The notes below the pieces were generated by a model that worked only from the letters and a program-made list of their open reading frames with translations, was not told the DNA's origin and made no database searches. A program made the translations under genes and the position numbers. 64,000 nucleotides of DNA. Origin: an uncultured Verrucomicrobiae bacterium. GTDB lineage: Bacteria; Verrucomicrobiota; Verrucomicrobiia; Chthoniobacterales; Chthoniobacteraceae. This document shows, one piece after another, positions 30,874 through 39,881 of this stretch (positions within the stretch are counted from its first letter, which is position 1; each line of letters begins with the position of its first letter). Location: positions 832,001-896,000 of the forward strand of contig CAVYKI010000003.1 in assembly GCA_963769025.1 (NCBI GenBank). Direction: 5' to 3'.

Positions 30874-31143
30874 CTAGCTGGTGAAAAACTTCAGCAGCTC
30901 CGGCGTGGGCCGGGCGATGACGTGGGACGCGACGAGATTGCCGACGCGCTTGGCCGCTTCCTTCCCGGCTTCGACTGCGGCCTTCACACTGCCGACGTCG
31001 CCGCGGACGATGGTCGTGATCAAGGCCCCGCCGATCGGGATGGATTTGACGAGTTGCACATTCGCGGCCTTGACCATGGCATCACTGGCTTCCACCAGGC
31101 CCACGTAGCCGCGCGTTTCGATTAGTCCGATTGCTTCGCTCAT
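30874..31143 (-). CDS. BMC hexamer shell protein (BMC-H)
   Basis: AIGLIETRG, DAMVKAANV, RGDVGSVKAAV, HVIARP. Confidence 0.95.
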   Translation of the reverse strand: MSEAIGLIETRGYVGLVEASDAMVKAANVQLVKSIPIGGALITTIVRGDVGSVKAAVEAGKEAAKRVGNLVASHVIARPTPELLKFFTS

Positions 31144-31171
31144 TTGTTTTTAGTTTTGGGTTAGAATTCGA

Positions 31172-31301
31172 CCCGCGGAATCCGCGAAAGGCTCGAAAGG
31201 GTTTGGTTGTTTGAAAGTGTCGTTCGCTGCTGCTGTCGCGCGTCCGTTGTGGGGTTGATTCAGTATGGAAAAATTTCGCGTCGTTTCGCGTGTTTAGCGG
31301 G
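31172..31301. repeat. Intergenic CGCGAAA-type palindrome, copy D
   Basis: cccgcggaatccgcgaaaggctcgaaa ... tttcgcgtcgtttcgcgtgtttagcggg. Confidence 0.7.
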
Positions 31302-31304
31302 CTG

Positions 31305-31979
31305 CTAGGTCTTGATCAGTTCGACCTTCGTCGCGCGTTCGAGATCGCAGGCATTCGCCTCGTCGGTGTCAATGTGCACCTCCAGCTTGAAGCTCGGATC
31401 CACGCGCACGATCATCTCGTCAAAGCGCGTGTTGCACATCGGCGAGGTGACTTTCATCGTGATCCGGTCGAGGTGCTTCACTCCGTAAAATTTTGCATCG
31501 CCCGGCGACATGTGGACGTGCCGCGCCGCGCGGATGATTCCGTTTTTCATCTCCAGCATTCCCTTCGGTCCCATCACGTATCCGCCGGGGGTTCCTTCGA
31601 TGTCGCCCGACATCTTTACCGGAATATCCATGCCGAGCTGCACGGCGTCCGTCAGCGCGAGTTCGATCTGCGTGAGATTCCGGCACGGTCCGAGGATTCT
31701 CATGCTCGGGATGACGCGGCGGCGCGGCCCGATGAGCGTCACCGTCTGCTCCGAGGCAAACTGCCCTTCCTGATAAAGCATCTTGTGGACGGTGAGCTTC
31801 GCACCCTTGCCGAAAAGCGTCTCCAGATTCTCCGGCGAAATGTGCATGTGCCGCGCGGAACTGTTCACCACGAGCGTCGGCGCATTTCCCGCCGGCACAT
31901 TTTGCCCTAGCTGTTTCGCCATGGAAGCGCGCACAAGGGCCTCGATGACGGGGCGGCTGGGGGCGGTGGTGGAACTCAT
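31305..31979 (-). CDS. pduL: Phosphate propanoyltransferase/acyltransferase PduL
   Basis: SARHMH, RILGP.R, Q.ELA.TDA, SGDIEGTPG, RHVHMSP, HIDTDEANA. Confidence 0.95.
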   Translation of the reverse strand: MSSTTAPSRPVIEALVRASMAKQLGQNVPAGNAPTLVVNSSARHMHISPENLETLFGKGAKLTVHKMLYQEGQFASEQTVTLIGPRRRVIPSMRILGPCRNLTQIELALTDAVQLGMDIPVKMSGDIEGTPGGYVMGPKGMLEMKNGIIRAARHVHMSPGDAKFYGVKHLDRITMKVTSPMCNTRFDEMIVRVDPSFKLEVHIDTDEANACDLERATKVELIKT

Positions 31980-31994
31980 TTTTAGAGGGAAAAC

Positions 31995-32039
31995 TTATAT
32001 GACTGGACGCAATCATATAAAAATGCGCGGCTTGGTCAA
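31995..32039 (-). promoter_or_regulatory. Sigma70-like promoter of the BMC operon with overlapping palindromic operator
   Basis: Minus strand TTGACC-N16-TATGAT (32039-32012); perfect inverted repeat TTATATGA-N10-TCATATAA (31995-32020) covers the -10 box. Confidence 0.65.
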
Positions 32040-32073
32040 TGGAAAAGTTTGCCTTTTTTACGCACGTGTCCGG

Positions 32074-32944
32074 TCATAAAATATGGACCGGCATTTCTTC
32101 GCTCTCCGACTCCGCCGGAGGCGTGCTTTCCTGCGCCGGGACAGCCCGTGCTGCCGCACCCCGCCCGCCCGTCGCGGTGCGCTGGCCCTCGCGCAGCGTG
32201 ATTCCGGCTTTCGCGAGGCGTTCATCGGCGACATCCGTGACCAGCGCATCCACCCGCTCCCACGGCACGAGGAAATGGGGAGCCTTCCGGTTCAGCTTCG
32301 AGCCATCAATGCAGAAGACCGCCCGCGTGCTGCGCTCGAGGACGACCCGCTGCTGGTCCACGATCGCCGCCTGCGAATTCCAAATTCCCTCCGGATCCAT
32401 CGCCTCCGCGGAGAGGAATGCCGTGTCGAACTTCCAAAACTCCAGGCTCTTCTGGGCCGTCTCGCCGAGCAGCGTGGACTGCAAATGCAGAAGCTGGCCC
32501 GCGACCATGGAACACCTGCACATCCGGAATCGCCGCCAGCATTTCGCCGACCGGCAGATTGGAAGTCACGATGGTCACCGGCGTGACCGGATGGTCGCAA
32601 AACGCCTCCGCCACCGCACAGATCGTCGTCCCGGAATCCAGGAAATAAGTCCCGTTCGGCTCCATGAATGACAGGGTCGTCCGGGCGATTTTCGCCTTCG
32701 CCTGCGCGGCCCTGCCCTGCCGGTCGCGGAATGAAGGAAACCGGTCATTAAACTCCGCCAGCGCCCCGCCGTGAGTGCGCTTGATCTTCTTCTCGCTGAC
32801 TAGCGCCGCCAAATCCCGACGAGCCGTCGCCTCGGAAACTCCAAGCCGGCGGCAAAGCTCCTTCACCGGCAGATAGCGGTGCTGCCCGAGCAACTGAGCA
32901 AGCCGCTCACGCCGCGCCTGCACGATATGAAAGGGAACCTTCAC
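32074..32944 (-). CDS. DeoR/GlpR family transcriptional regulator (frameshift near 32500)
   Basis: HTH LGVSEATARRDL, RTHGGA, K.KIA, FLDSGTT, VTSNL, DGSKL, LVTD. Confidence 0.9.
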
Positions 32945-33130
32945 GCGCTACGATCGCGTTTTAATGACCGATGTCAATTATAACCGAAATTCTGCGATGA
33001 GCGGAAAGGAGCACGCCTCATCCGATGGGTGAACGCGATCCTGTTGGCAAATTCACGAGCCCTTTCGCTTGTCTCCATTCCTCGGTCCTCATCTTCAGAT
33101 TTTGGGTGGCCGGTTTCGCATGGGATGGAT

Positions 33131-34120
33131 TCATCTGGCCGTCGGCTGCGGCAGTCTGTCCGCGATCTTCCCTGCTATCTTCTGCGCGAGGATCTGGTGC
33201 CCCTCGGGCCGGAGGTGCGCGGTGTCCATGAACAGCGGGGCGAAGTCCATGGGCGAAAGCGCGTCTTTCATGGAAAGGATCGCGACGTCGGGTGCGGCGA
33301 AGGATCGCGCGAGGTCGTCGAGGCCGTTGTCGTCGAGCGTGGCGTCCTTTCCGCTGCCGCGCATGCGGACTTGCGTGACGAGCAGCATCGGCACGCCGGC
33401 CTTGCGACAGGCGGCGATGTCTTCGGCGAGGAAGTCCTTCACGCGTTTCTGCCATGTGCGGATTCGCTCGTCGTCCATCGAGGCCACGGTCTCGGCGGCG
33501 GCATCGTTCACGCCCTGCTGCGCGCGGATTTTTTCCGGCAGCAAGGCCCAGAAGACGCCCTCGGTCTTCATCTCGTGGAGCCGCCGGATGAGCGCGCTCT
33601 GCATGAGTGTGTTGCCGGGCTTCCAACCTTTGTTGTCCTGACTGCGCCGCCATTCTCGCTCGTCCTCGTACTCGTTCGAGTTGTTCACGTGGCGGATCAC
33701 GAAGTCCGGCCGGTAATCGAGCGCCTTTTGCAGGACGATGTGGCAGCGTTGCGCGCCGTAGCCGGGGAGGCAGAGGTTCCAGCCTTCGGCGGAAATGCCG
33801 CGCTCCCTCAGCAACTCCGCGAGCCTCGTCGAATAGGCGTCCGCCAGCGATGGGCCGCGTGGAACGGAGTCGCCGACGACCATGATGCGGGCCACTCCTG
33901 GCGGCTTCCGTTGCGGAAAATGTTGCGGCAGGAACTTGCGCCCACCCGCGCGGACCAAGTCTAGCGAGCCGTCCGCATTTTCGTGAAAGCCCGCGGTCGG
34001 ATGGTAGCCGTAATCGAAGCGGCCCGACAGGCCGCGCGAGTAAAAGGTGCGCATCCCGAGTTCGCCGAGCACGAGCATCGCGACGACCAGCAGGAACGAT
34101 TTGGTGAAGGTGCGGCGCAT
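33131..34120 (-). CDS. SGNH/GDSL-like periplasmic O-acetylation partner protein
   Basis: N-terminal TM, VVGDS, PGYG, FMDTAHLRPEGH; directly downstream of the MBOAT gene. Confidence 0.75.
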   Translation of the reverse strand: MRRTFTKSFLLVVAMLVLGELGMRTFYSRGLSGRFDYGYHPTAGFHENADGSLDLVRAGGRKFLPQHFPQRKPPGVARIMVVGDSVPRGPSLADAYSTRLAELLRERGISAEGWNLCLPGYGAQRCHIVLQKALDYRPDFVIRHVNNSNEYEDEREWRRSQDNKGWKPGNTLMQSALIRRLHEMKTEGVFWALLPEKIRAQQGVNDAAAETVASMDDERIRTWQKRVKDFLAEDIAACRKAGVPMLLVTQVRMRGSGKDATLDDNGLDDLARSFAAPDVAILSMKDALSPMDFAPLFMDTAHLRPEGHQILAQKIAGKIADRLPQPTAR

Positions 34121-35757
34121 CAGAATTGGAAGTAGATGAACTCGACATCGCCGCTGGTGCTCGTCGCGATGGCGAGGAACATCAGCACGTAAACGAGACT
34201 CCGCGCGACCCACGGCCAGTGGTCGATTTCCACCTCGTCCTGCGCGCGACGTGTCGCGAATTGCAGCAGCGCCAGCGGCACCGCGTGGATCGCGAGCCAC
34301 AGCGCGGGCGAACGCCATCCGACCACACCGGCCTGCACCGCCGCGGGCAATGCCTCGCCGATCGCCGGCTTCCACAGCCCCGATGCGCCCGCACTTTCCC
34401 AGTGCGTGAATGCGACGAACCAGTCGCCGAGCTGCGCGAGCGAGTTGCTCCGGAAGATCGCCCAGCCGACGAGCGTGAGCGAAAACATCACCACCGTCCC
34501 GAGCGGCACGCGCCAGCCGCTTTTCGCCGACTCGAGCGCGCGCAGCGGGGCGACGAGACGGTAAATGATCAGCAGCGCGCCGTAGTACGCGCCCCAGAGG
34601 ATGTAGGTCCAGTTCGCCCCGTGCCACAGGCCGGCGAGCACCATCGTGAGGCCGAGATTGCGCAGCGTGGCGAGCTTGCCGCCGCGATTTCCGCCGAGCG
34701 GAATGTACACGTAATCGCGGAACCACGACGACAGCGTGATGTGCCAGCGCCGCCAGAAATCCGACGGCCCCTGCGCGAGGTACGGGTGATGAAAATTGTC
34801 CGTGAGCCTGATGCCGAGCAGTTGCGCGGAGCCGCGCGCGATGTCCGTGTAGCCGGAGAAATCGCCGTAAATCTGCACCGCAAACGCCAGCACGCCGAGC
34901 AGCGCCCACTGGCCGTTCAGCGGCGTGTCGGGCGCGAATGCGTAGCTCGCGAGCAGCGCGCAGTTGTCCGCGACGAAGACCTTCTTGAACAACCCGAACA
35001 GCAGCAGCCGCGCGCCGCGGTGAAACACCGCCGGGTCCCACACGCGCGGCGTGGCGAATTGCGGCAGCATCTCGTGCGCACGCTCGATGGGACCGGCGAC
35101 GAGCTGCGGGAAGAACGACAGGAACGCCGCGAACAGCGGGAAATCCGCGACCGCCTTGGCGTCGCCGCGATACACGTCGATCGTGTAGCTCATCGCCTGG
35201 AAGGTGTAGAACGAAATGCCCACCGGCAGCAGGATGTTCGGCAGCGTCCAGCCCGCATTCCAGCCGAACGCCGCGAGCGCGTGGACGAGCGTGTCGGCGA
35301 AGAAATTGAAATACTTGAAGAAGCCAAGCACGACGAGATTCGACCCGAGGCTCAGCAGCAGGAACGCGCGCCGCTGCTTCGCTTCCGGGAGCCGCCAGAG
35401 CAGCGCATACAGCCCGGTGAAGAGCACCGGCAGCGCGATGGCCGGCGTGAGGTGCTCCCACGAGACGTCGTGACCCTGGAATTGCAACGCCTTGCACACC
35501 AGCATCCACGCGGCGGGAATCGCCGTCATCCCCGCGACCTTCGTGAGCGCGACGCGCTGGCGGTTCATCGCGGTCGCCGCGAAGTAATCCACAATCGTCG
35601 TCGTGAAATGCAGCGCGAGAAAACGCGCATCCCAGAATCCGTAAAACGAGTAGCTCGCCGCGAGGATCAGCCAGATCCGCCCGCGCCACGGCAGCCGCCA
35701 ATAGAGCGCGAAGACGCTCGCGAGAAGGACGGCAAATTCCCACGAGGTGAAAGACAT
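34120..35757 (-). CDS. MBOAT family O-acyltransferase (AlgI/DltB-like)
   Basis: FFKYFNFF, LPVGISFYTFQ, FFPQLVAGPI, DFSGYTD, FWRRWHITLS, GLWHGA, EFIYFQF. Confidence 0.93.
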   Translation of the reverse strand: MSFTSWEFAVLLASVFALYWRLPWRGRIWLILAASYSFYGFWDARFLALHFTTTIVDYFAATAMNRQRVALTKVAGMTAIPAAWMLVCKALQFQGHDVSWEHLTPAIALPVLFTGLYALLWRLPEAKQRRAFLLLSLGSNLVVLGFFKYFNFFADTLVHALAAFGWNAGWTLPNILLPVGISFYTFQAMSYTIDVYRGDAKAVADFPLFAAFLSFFPQLVAGPIERAHEMLPQFATPRVWDPAVFHRGARLLLFGLFKKVFVADNCALLASYAFAPDTPLNGQWALLGVLAFAVQIYGDFSGYTDIARGSAQLLGIRLTDNFHHPYLAQGPSDFWRRWHITLSSWFRDYVYIPLGGNRGGKLATLRNLGLTMVLAGLWHGANWTYILWGAYYGALLIIYRLVAPLRALESAKSGWRVPLGTVVMFSLTLVGWAIFRSNSLAQLGDWFVAFTHWESAGASGLWKPAIGEALPAAVQAGVVGWRSPALWLAIHAVPLALLQFATRRAQDEVEIDHWPWVARSLVYVLMFLAIATSTSGDVEFIYFQF

Positions 35758-35896
35758 TGTGCGCGAGGTACAGCGGCGCTTGGGGGGTTGTCCATTCGCA
35801 AGATCAGCCCCGCCGGGGTGAAAAGTGAGGCGTCTCCCTTCCCACCTCCCGCCCGCGGCACCGGGAGCCGGAGGGATGCCGCTTTTCCACCCCCTG

Positions 35897-36600
35897 CTAC
35901 GGCACCGGCGGCACCGCGGGCGGCGCGGGCTGCTGCGGGTGATCCTCCAGCAGGCTCTGCTGCATGTAGAGCGCCAGCTTCTCCGGCTGCCGCGCAAACA
36001 TCTCCGCGATCTTCAGCAGATTCAGCATCAGCATGAGCTGCAGGTTTTCCCGCGCCAGCTTCTTGCCCTCCTGCGTCGTCGTCTTCGCGCCCGCCGCCGC
36101 CTCGCTCGCGCTGTAGGCCGCCATCCAGCCCGCGTGCAGCGCCGTCGCCTCCGCCACCAGCGGCGCGCCGAGGTCGGCCTGGTGCGCCGTCACCCCGTTC
36201 AGCAGCGTCTGCAGGTGGTTCTTGAGCTGATCATCCGTGCTGGAGGAAAAAAACCGGCCGCCCCAGCGGGAAACACTCCGTCATCTCCGGCGAATTCTGC
36301 CCGAACTTCATCACCACCGCGCCATGCAGCTTCGCGATGTCGCCTGCCAGCCCCGCGCGGAATTCGCCCTTCGCCGCCGTGCGCGCCTTTTGCACGCCCA
36401 GCTTCACCGTCTCGCTCGTCAGCGACGATGTCAAAATTCTGCATCGCCGTATCCACCGCCGCGATGGTCCCATTGAGCTGGCCGCCGATGGTGTCCGCGG
36501 TCGCGCGCCCGAGGAATTCGATGGTGAGCGACGAGAGTTCGCCGCTGGAGATGCCCTCGTCGTCGAGGGGATTCGTGCCGATGCGATGGAGGTCGAGCAT
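35897..36600 (-). CDS. Hypothetical mostly helical protein (~230 aa), split by two apparent frameshifts
   Basis: Three consecutive minus-strand segments (MLDLHRIG..., TSETVKLG...TECFPLGR, DDQLKNHL...PPVP) join into one plausible protein. Confidence 0.6.
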
Positions 36601-36805
36601 GGGAGGGAGTGGGTTTGGGTCATACCGCGAGCCCCCGGGGTTTTGCCGCCGGACGGCGGGAGCCCGCTTAGGTTCCGTCTGGCTATCGCGCGCTATAGCA
36701 CTGGGTGCCACATCGCGGCAAGGGAAAAATCCAAAGATTTTCATGGCCTTGATTTTCAGCCTCAAAAGAACAGAAAAGTCATCCCTCGCTCCCGAGAGTG
36801 CCATG

Positions 36806-37191
36806 CCCAAAACCAGGCAGGCATCCCGCGACGCCGCGAGACTCATACCCAAAATACAGGCGGCATCCTGCGACACCGCGAGGCTCCTACCCAAAACTCA
36901 GGAGGTGTCTCGCGACGCCGCGAGGCTCACTCCCAAAACTCAGGAGGTGTCTCGCGACGCCGCGAGGCTCACTCCCAAAACTCAGGAGGTGCCTCGCGAC
37001 GCCGCGAGGCTCACCCCCAAAACTCAGGAGGTGCCTCGCGACGCCGCGAGGCTCACCCCCAAAACTCAGGAGGTGTCCTCGCGACGCCGCGAGGCTCACC
37101 CCCAAAACTCAGGAGGTGTCTCGCGACGCCGCGAGGCTCACCCCCAAAACTCAGGAGGTGTCTCGCGACGTCGCGAGGCTCACCCCCAAAA
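36806..37191. repeat. Tandem array of about 9 copies of a 42-bp unit with an internal palindrome
   Basis: Unit cccaaaactcaggaggtgtCTCGCGacgcCGCGAGgctcacy; copies start near 36806, 36848, 36890, 36932, 36974, 37016, 37058, 37101, 37143; first two are degenerate. Confidence 0.95.
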
Positions 37192-37435
37192 CGCTGGATA
37201 AATTTCGACACCCCCCGCCGCCCCCATGAAAAAGCCCCATTTCGCCCACTTTTGCCCGCAACCCCCCCTGAAATCCCCACCCCTTGGACGGACACGCTCC
37301 GTCGTGTCCCCATTCCCTCCCCGCCGCGCCCCCATCCCCGCCCCATCCCCGCCAGAGCCTGTCATGCACTTTGCTGGCGAATGAAGGCAATCCTGGAGGG
37401 AGGGCCAAAGGCCCTGTACAAGCCCGCCCAGCCCT

Positions 37436-37570
37436 GGGTATCGCGTGGATCCAGTCCAGATACGCCTGCTCGGTGCGGATGGAATAGTGCTTCCCGCGCA
37501 AAATGCGCCGCACCTCATCGGGAAGTTTCGGCTTGCCTGCCCCACCTTTGGGCGAAAAGGTTTCGCGCAT
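37436..37570 (-). pseudogene. intI: Integron integrase N-terminal fragment (SAM-like domain only)
   Basis: PKLPDEVRRILRGKHYSIRTEQAYLDWI matches the IntI N-terminal consensus; similarity ends right after. Confidence 0.8.
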
Positions 37571-37619
37571 GGCTTCCCTTTGCCGCACAGCCACCCCCGA
37601 CCGCAACCGTTTTAGACGA

Positions 37620-37650
37620 AACCCACTTTCGCCTACTTCTTGTTAGGCGT
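37620..37650 (+). other. Putative attI recombination site
   Basis: GCCTACttcttGTTAGGC (GTTRRRY core at 37642-37648) lies between the intI start and a divergent cassette ORF. Confidence 0.55.
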
Positions 37651-37668
37651 TTCTAGCGTTTCCTGTGA

Positions 37669-38115
37669 ATGAGCGATGCGAAGCAACCCGACCTTGAGCA
37701 CGATGAGTTCTGCATCACCCTCTGCTTCTCCGGCGACGACATTGACCCGCCAGAGATTACTCGGCTCATCGGCTCGCAGCCCACTGACTCCGCACGCACC
37801 GGCGATCCGAACGCCCGTCTCAGCGAGCGCACAGGACGCTCTTACACTTACCCGCGCGGCTTTTGGAGTTTGTCCATGGAGCGCAGCTCGCGCGATATCG
37901 AGAAGCAGGTTTCCGAGCTTTTCACACGACTCACGCCAGACCTTGCGGTGTGGAGTTCACTTAGCACACGCTACGAGGGGCATCTGTTTTGCGGCGTCTT
38001 CCTCGCGTGGTTTGGTCACGGCTTCGGCATGTCTCCGGCATTGCAGCGCCAGCTCGCAGACCGCAATCTTGCCATCGAGTTTGACATCTATCCTGAATAC
38101 GACCGAAACGCCTGA
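37669..38115 (+). CDS. DUF4279-family protein, integron gene cassette
   Basis: GDDIDPPEITRLIG..PT, G.W.L, terminal EFDIY; stop codon lies inside a degenerate inverse core GCCTGAC. Confidence 0.75.
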   Translation: MSDAKQPDLEHDEFCITLCFSGDDIDPPEITRLIGSQPTDSARTGDPNARLSERTGRSYTYPRGFWSLSMERSSRDIEKQVSELFTRLTPDLAVWSSLSTRYEGHLFCGVFLAWFGHGFGMSPALQRQLADRNLAIEFDIYPEYDRNA

Positions 38116-38198
38116 CCCCCAAGTTAGCTTTGAGTCATGGCGGAGTCAGTGGGAGTCCGAGTAAGTCGTCCGTCGCCATGACCTCAAAGGTAACCGTG

Positions 38199-38800
38199 GT
38201 TGGACAAGCCCGCGGTGAAGTTACCGCCGGCAGTCGCAGGCACGCTGGAGCTTCTTGCGGATTGCTTTTGCGTCTGGCCGGCCCGGTCGGCGCCTTGGGT
38301 GTCTTGGCGGGAAGAAGCGGCGGTGGAGTGCGCCCTGCAAGTGCGCTGTGCCGCGCGGGCGGGTGGCTTTGATGGTGCCGATCCGTTCCCGCATTGGTTG
38401 ATGAGGTATCCCGGCGGGGTGTCCGGGCAACGCTCCGCCCTCTCCGCCATGGGGGGAGTTTTCCGGGATGCCATGGAACCGCGTGCTACGCGGATGGGGT
38501 GCTGTGGATGGCGTGTTCATCCGGCGGGTGTTGCCATGGGGGTGGTGCGCGGGCGGGACGCATCCGGCGCATCCAGCGCGGCGGGCGCCTGATGATTTGC
38601 AGCAGGGTCATCTCGTTGCCGCAGCAGGGGCACACTGGCTTGGGCGGTTCGAGGGGCGGCGGCTTGGGCGCGGGGCGGGTGCCGAGGATCCGGTGCAGGC
38701 GTTCGAGCTTCAGCGTCCATTCTCCTATCCGTGCATGGCCGCCCTCGCGGGCGGACAGCACCATATGACGGATGCGTCGGGTGAAGCGGAACGGGGCGCG
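38199..38800 (-). mobile_element. IS91-family (Y2) transposase C-terminal remnant with downstream non-coding end
   Basis: Frameshifted RIRHYG-like motif and C-terminal PVCPCCGNEM zinc ribbon; minus-strand GGCTTGTCCAAC at 38210-38199 resembles IS91-like termini as I recall them. Confidence 0.55.
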
Positions 38801-39005
38801 GTCCAATTTGATGATGCCTTCCGGCATCACCCTTCGGGCTGGCCTGCGGCCAGTCTATCTCGCTCCGCTCGATGATGGCGTCGCACTTCGTGCGGACCGA
38901 GTGCCGGTCAGGCTGCGCTTGCCGCCGCAGGCGGAGCCATCGGCGTAGTCGAAGGGCAAGCGGATGCCGAACGACCGAAGGGTGGGCGCGCGGTGGGCGC
39001 GCGGG

Positions 39006-39786
39006 CTACTTCGAGTAGTAGCGCACGTAGTCCACCGTCATCTTCACCCTGCTCGTCGTGCGGTCGCCGTAGCCGCCTTCGGGGATGGCCCACGACCACA
39101 GCTTGTCCTCCACCTCCGTGCTCAGGATGATGAATTGCGGACGCCGCGAGACCGGCCCCGGCGTTTCCCAGAGCATCTTGTCGTCGATGAAAAAGCGGTA
39201 GCCCGACTCGCTCCATTCGCAGCCGTAAGTGTGGAAGCCCTTGTCGAGCCCGAGGTCGGGCGTGAGCAGGCCGGAGCCATTCCGGTGCGCGCCGTAGCCG
39301 TCCCAGTGCAGCGTGAAATTCACCTTTCCCGCCATGCGCTTGCCCTCGTGATCCGTTTCGCGGTGCTCCACAAAATCCACCTCATTCCCCGCCGTCCCCA
39401 CATTGCCGATGTGATCGCCCATGAAGGGCAGCAGCATCGGCTCCGAGATCGACCAGAAGACCGACCATGTCGCCGGCGCGTCCTGCCACCGGATGCGCGC
39501 CTCGTAGTAACCGAACGACGGTTCAAATTTCCCCTTCGTGGAAACCATCCCGGTGTAGTGCTTCCCGCCCTCGGTGTAGGTCGTGATGATCAACTTTCCG
39601 TCCGCGATGCTCACGGCATCCGGCGTGTTGATGGCGTCGCGGCGCTTGCCCGGACAGCCAGATTTTCCACTTCGCCGGGTCGAGCTGCGTGCCGTCAAAT
39701 TCATCCGCCCATTTCAACTGATACCCCGGCGGCGGTTCCGCGGCAGCGAGGGTGACGATGGCGAGCAGCAGTGCGAGGGGTTTCAC
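39006..39786 (-). CDS. Glycoside hydrolase family 16, secreted (frameshift near 39655)
   Basis: Signal peptide, YQLKWADEFDG, FGYYEARI, catalytic EVDFVE, FHTYGCEW, MTVDYVRYY. Confidence 0.88.
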
Positions 39787-39881
39787 TTTCCGAGTCGTGC
39801 GCAGCCACGCGCCCGGAGTCAACCCGCGGCGTGCCACGGCTGGACAAGACGCATCCCGTCGCCGATGAAAAGTCCGTCGCA

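Noticed and set aside
36806..37191. CRISPR or TIGR-like guide array
   Set aside because: Units are contiguous and near-identical with no unique spacers, and no cas-like or Nop-domain gene is recognisable nearby.
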